DNA of 64,000 nucleotides from Pseudovirgaria hyperparasitica (Eukaryota): NCBI GenBank assembly GCA_010093815.1, contig ML996590.1; one strand, 5' to 3'. Shown piece by piece: positions 59,881 to 64,000 of this stretch (position 1 is its first letter; each line of letters starts with the position of its first letter). The notes under the pieces were generated by a model. It saw only the letters and a program-made list of their open reading frames with translations, ran no database searches and was not told where the DNA came from. The position numbers and the translations under genes were made by a program.

Positions 59881-62800
59881 TAGTGGCAGCATTGCTACTG
59901 GATTACCCTCCACGGCAGGCGCCTAAAGATGACTTCGGAGAGAGCAAGGTATTAGACATGACTTGTGCATTGAGTTGGAGGAGGGATGGACGAAGTGAGA
60001 AATGTGCCTCTGCACATGAAGCTCATTCCGCTCATCCGACGGTCGTTTATTCCGTCGAAAGAATCCAGAGATTTTTCCTCAGAACCAAGATTCGAATGCT
60101 CTTGGTTGGCCTCTCGACCACCGTGCGTTTTGTTCCGTGTGGCATGAATTAACGCAACGGTCATCTGAATTGCTGGAGGTAACGTCATAAACAAGGTGTT
60201 CGTTTTATACAAAGCCAGCAAGATGGTGAGAGATAGTGAGTACGGTATCCCCTGGAACATCAGCAACGTTTGATAGCCGTGCGACAGACTTACCTTATTG
60301 GTACACACACTGGCTGGTATAATGGCGACAGTAAGGACAGCTAAAATCCCGTGACGAATGATACTTCGACTTATGAAATCATTTCCTTTGGATTCCTTAT
60401 GTGTTGGCCTTCTTTCTCCTAGTCCCTCTCTGCTACTTTGTTGGTTTGAGTGGATCATGAACGAGGACACTCTGTGCAAGAAACATGGAAAGCTGACGCC
60501 GCACGAGATTCAGCCACAGACATCTCCCAGCCCGGAGAGTGAATCTTCTACCAGTTATCAACTATCAAAGGCCCTGGCCGGTAATGGGGTTGACTCGTCC
60601 CAACTCAAGATTGCAAAATCAGATTCGAAATCGATCGAAGATAGATACATCACGTTACCGATGAGTCACTTTGATCAATTCTTAGAAACCTGAGGTCGGT
60701 CTATCCCATGACGCCAATCTAAATACAGCTCCGGCGTGAACCCATTCAGTCGAATCTAAGGGTTGGTCGTCCCGCTATACTGACTCAGTGCCTTACTTCA
60801 TTAGCCGATCCGTATATTCTTAGTTACACAGTGATGGGGGATTATGAGTTATACTCCGGAGTGGCGGAGCACACTCCGGTGACATTCCTTTTACTCCGGA
60901 GTTAAATTTTAGAATTAGCTAAGATTTTACAAATAAATTATGAAGAGAAAGAATTTCTTACAGACAAAAAAGGAGTGTTCCTGTGACGAAGACACTCCTT
61001 CCGGTTTGCCCTCTTTCCCAGCTTCCTAGGCACTGGTAGGGGCGGACTTGCCTAACATGTGGGTCGAGAAGGATTATCAAATCCAATTACTGGCCATCAC
61101 AGGGCGGCGTTCGTCTCATTCCATGTCGCCTGCCTCGACCAACCAAGCACGACTTGGTAGCTGCAGGGGTCAAACTAACAGATGGTATCGTCACAATGGA
61201 CGTGTCCACCTGGACCGTCGGACGGCTTGACCTAATAGAAAGCGGGTTGAAATAAAGAGGCACCGATCGAGACACCATTGGCACATGAATTTTGGTTACG
61301 GTCGTCGATACCAAAGTCGCGCTGGGAAGACTTCGAGGCAGCCCCACGTATGGCCAATCTTTATTGGCCGTGCAATCGCCTCATCCTTGGGCACGTCAAG
61401 CCATTGAACCCCCCAGACGAGATCATGATGATACCCAGCCAGTTGGCTGGAATTCCAATTCGTTGTGCAGGGATATCCTGCATGGTCTGATTTGGCAGGA
61501 TAAAGCTGCTCTTGGCGGCAATCCATGCACCCATACATCGAAGCAATCTCATGCGGGAGGACTTACTTTTGATCCCGCATACGACGATCAGTAGTGCCAG
61601 TGCCGCTTTGTCGCACACCAGCCGCCCGTATACTGCGTCACCCTGTCAGGGGTGGTGGAGGAAGACCTACAGTATCTATCATTGTGCTCTCTTGTAATGG
61701 TGCTTGATGTGCTGCAATTATCTTTCAACCCCATCATAACGTGTAGGTCAGACAGAACGCGCAATCGATTTACTGCATGTATCTAGCAGGCTTTCGGAGA
61801 TGAACTCGCTAGAGAATCAATTCTATAAATTTAGATTCTGGTGTGTTATGAGGATGAATCACTGATGGTACTGGCTCCGTCAACTTTTCTGAGTCTCCAA
61901 CGACTGAGCTCACGATGGTCCCATGTCAGGTGGCAAGAACCTTAGGCCCACAGAGATCTCACTTCTTACCGGACATAGACACGCTGTAGTACCCAGTGGG
62001 CGATCAGGGCTGGAACTCCATTTCGTTGTGCAGGGATATCCGGAAGGATGCGATTTGCCAGAGTGAAGCTGCTCATAGCATGGACATAGACTGCAGTGAT
62101 ACTGATCGTTCACCAGACTGGACACACAGACTCCGTAGCCACAATCGTTGGTGGCAGGTACCAGTGCAACCATTGCGTTGACTACTGCTTTAGCCCAGTC
62201 ATTGGTGGAAGTCCTTTGATGCTTTCGCCATGACTACTATTCAACAACAACATCCTACATCTTTTGTTTCGGTAGACTAAATACGTCTGCAACTATGTGG
62301 TATAAAATTATCCTCATGACGATGCGTTCTACCATATACCATACGGACCAGTGATGCTATTCGACTCGATTCTTCGATTTTCGGTATCAAAGATGTCCCA
62401 ATATCCAGAGACATATCCTGACATCGAGCCTTCACTCACCGACCCGTCCTTGCAATCGAACTACACGAACACAACTCTCCTATCGAGCAAGCCGCGCAAC
62501 AAGCCGCTCAAGCACAACAGACGGCCCAGCAAGCTCAACAGCAAGCTGGACTCAACATTAGTAGCACCACAATGACGGACAGAGGCCCCAGAAATCGAAT
62601 CGACTACGCAAAGCATGCGATTACTGTAGCATTCAAAAGGTGAAGGTAAGCTTGTAGTCGATGACGGATGCAAATCCTCCAACAGAGTCTTCAGTGCGAC
62701 GATCAGGCTTGCCTTGCCGCTTGTGCTCTCAATTAGAATTACTATGCAAGTCTCTGAACGACAAGTAACATAATGTACGTGTCGTCGTATTGTAACTGAC

Positions 62801-63135
62801 TCGGCTTGGTCTGCACCCGTAGACCGGAGGAGAAGCTCCTGCGAGCCTGATAGCACATATACACTGTCCCAGTATAGTTATCATTAGTATAGCCAAGGCG
62901 ACTGACATGGTTTGGCTCAGATATAGATTCCGAGATAGCTTAGCGGAATCTGTGGCTCAGCATGGCCTAGCCGATTGGAGAGCGGCGATGACTTTGTGGA
63001 TCTCATGGCTCAGTACCGTGGGTTTAACGGCTCACTATCTAGACGGCTCCACTAACCCTGTAAATCCTGGAGTCTAGTATAGCCTACTACGGTATAGATA
63101 TAATACAGCATAGTCATAGTGGTATTCTTTCATGG

Positions 63136-63777
63136 TTGATAGACGTCATGTCAACAATTCACCTCTCTGTTTCAGGTCGTGGTGGACGAGACCGGAAGGT
63201 GATTCGTACTCTACTGACTATGCAGCTAGGTGAGCAGTTTGGCAGCTCACCTTGCCAGTGGCCCGAGAATCAACCCTCCAGTCCGTATACTGTCACCTAC
63301 CGAAACTCGCAGCTTAATCTTGATGGCCGTTCTATTTGTCCATCGCCACATGTTATAGACGACATATGTACGGAGGGGCTGGGGATTGCTGTTGGCAGGT
63401 CGCACTACTGGTCTGGTGCGACTTTGCACAGGGCTGAATGCAGTCTTAAAGGACCATGTCGTCAGACTTTCTTGCGACACGACAATTATCTAGCACATTT
63501 CCGCACCCATCTCGTTCAAGATACACGAGGACTGTTCTTCCCGCAACTGAACAATACAGAGCTCTACGCAGACCTGATAGCCCTGGTGCCGGTGTTAAGG
63601 TCTGGGGTTGACACGGGAAACATGCACAGGTACCACCGAAACACGCGAGTGTCATGGGAGAATCTAGTGGAGCGTGTCAGAGAAGCAAAGGGTGCCCTAG
63701 TGGCTGATCAGATACTTGTTACCATCTTGCGAGCTTGCTTGAGACATGATGCTCGTGTAGCGCAGTCGTTTTGCTAG
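63136..63777 (+). CDS. Hypothetical protein with one C2H2-like finger
   Basis: Open frame containing CSLKGPCRQTFLRHDNYLAHFRTH; start uncertain. Confidence 0.4.
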   Translation: MIDVMSTIHLSVSGRGGRDRKVIRTLLTMQLGEQFGSSPCQWPENQPSSPYTVTYRNSQLNLDGRSICPSPHVIDDICTEGLGIAVGRSHYWSGATLHRAECSLKGPCRQTFLRHDNYLAHFRTHLVQDTRGLFFPQLNNTELYADLIALVPVLRSGVDTGNMHRYHRNTRVSWENLVERVREAKGALVADQILVTILRACLRHDARVAQSFC

Positions 63778-64000
63778 GTGTGAATGATGCTAAAGGGTCC
63801 GCATTCCAGGCGCAAATAACCACAAGCGGGACTTAAAATATCTGACAAGGGCCGAGGCACCTTTACTGACGCCCCTACTGTTTGAATCATTTGTATGGCG
63901 CACTGTACTGGCTTACTAGCGGACGCTGTGAGTGATGGAGGACAAGCACTGTATTGTTTACTGAGTCTTCTGTTGTAGCGTACACTGGCGCCATTGTTTT

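Noticed and set aside
1..64000. Starship captain (DUF3435 tyrosine recombinase), DUF3723, Helitron Rep/helicase, rRNA or tRNA genes
   Set aside because: No recognisable motifs found by eye; very degenerate copies could have been missed.

Overview
Eukaryotic DNA from a filamentous ascomycete (GT..CTAAC..AG introns, Zn2Cys6/Con7/Spok-type proteins, patchy RIP-like CpA->TpA damage). It is an accessory, mobile-DNA-rich region. A few genes look intact: Myb/SANT-like protein, C2H2 zinc-finger array, a CD38/Tox-ARC-like domain fused to a long Lys/Glu coiled coil, a divergent MADS-box-like gene, a membrane-anchored collagen-like protein, a T5orf172/GIY-YIG protein and coiled-coil proteins. They sit among many truncated or internally deleted gene copies (RIM2 carrier, BCS1-like AAA, LrgB, O-acetyltransferase, Cdc25, SWIB/DEK-C, Skp1-like, BTB, GH18 chitinase, SLATT, HeLo-like, a Spok spore-killer homolog, three copies of one C6 factor) and transposon relics (LINE, Copia, Gypsy, hAT, a TA-flanked TIR element, two MITEs with 3-bp TSDs). 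The content resembles cargo of a giant Starship-type element or an accessory chromosome, but I see no DUF3435 captain or element boundary in the window. Best novelty candidates: the ADP-ribosyl-cyclase-like coiled-coil protein (22.5-23.9 kb) and the Spok homolog lacking its killing domain (28.4-29.4 kb). All family calls are by-eye motif matches from memory, not database searches.
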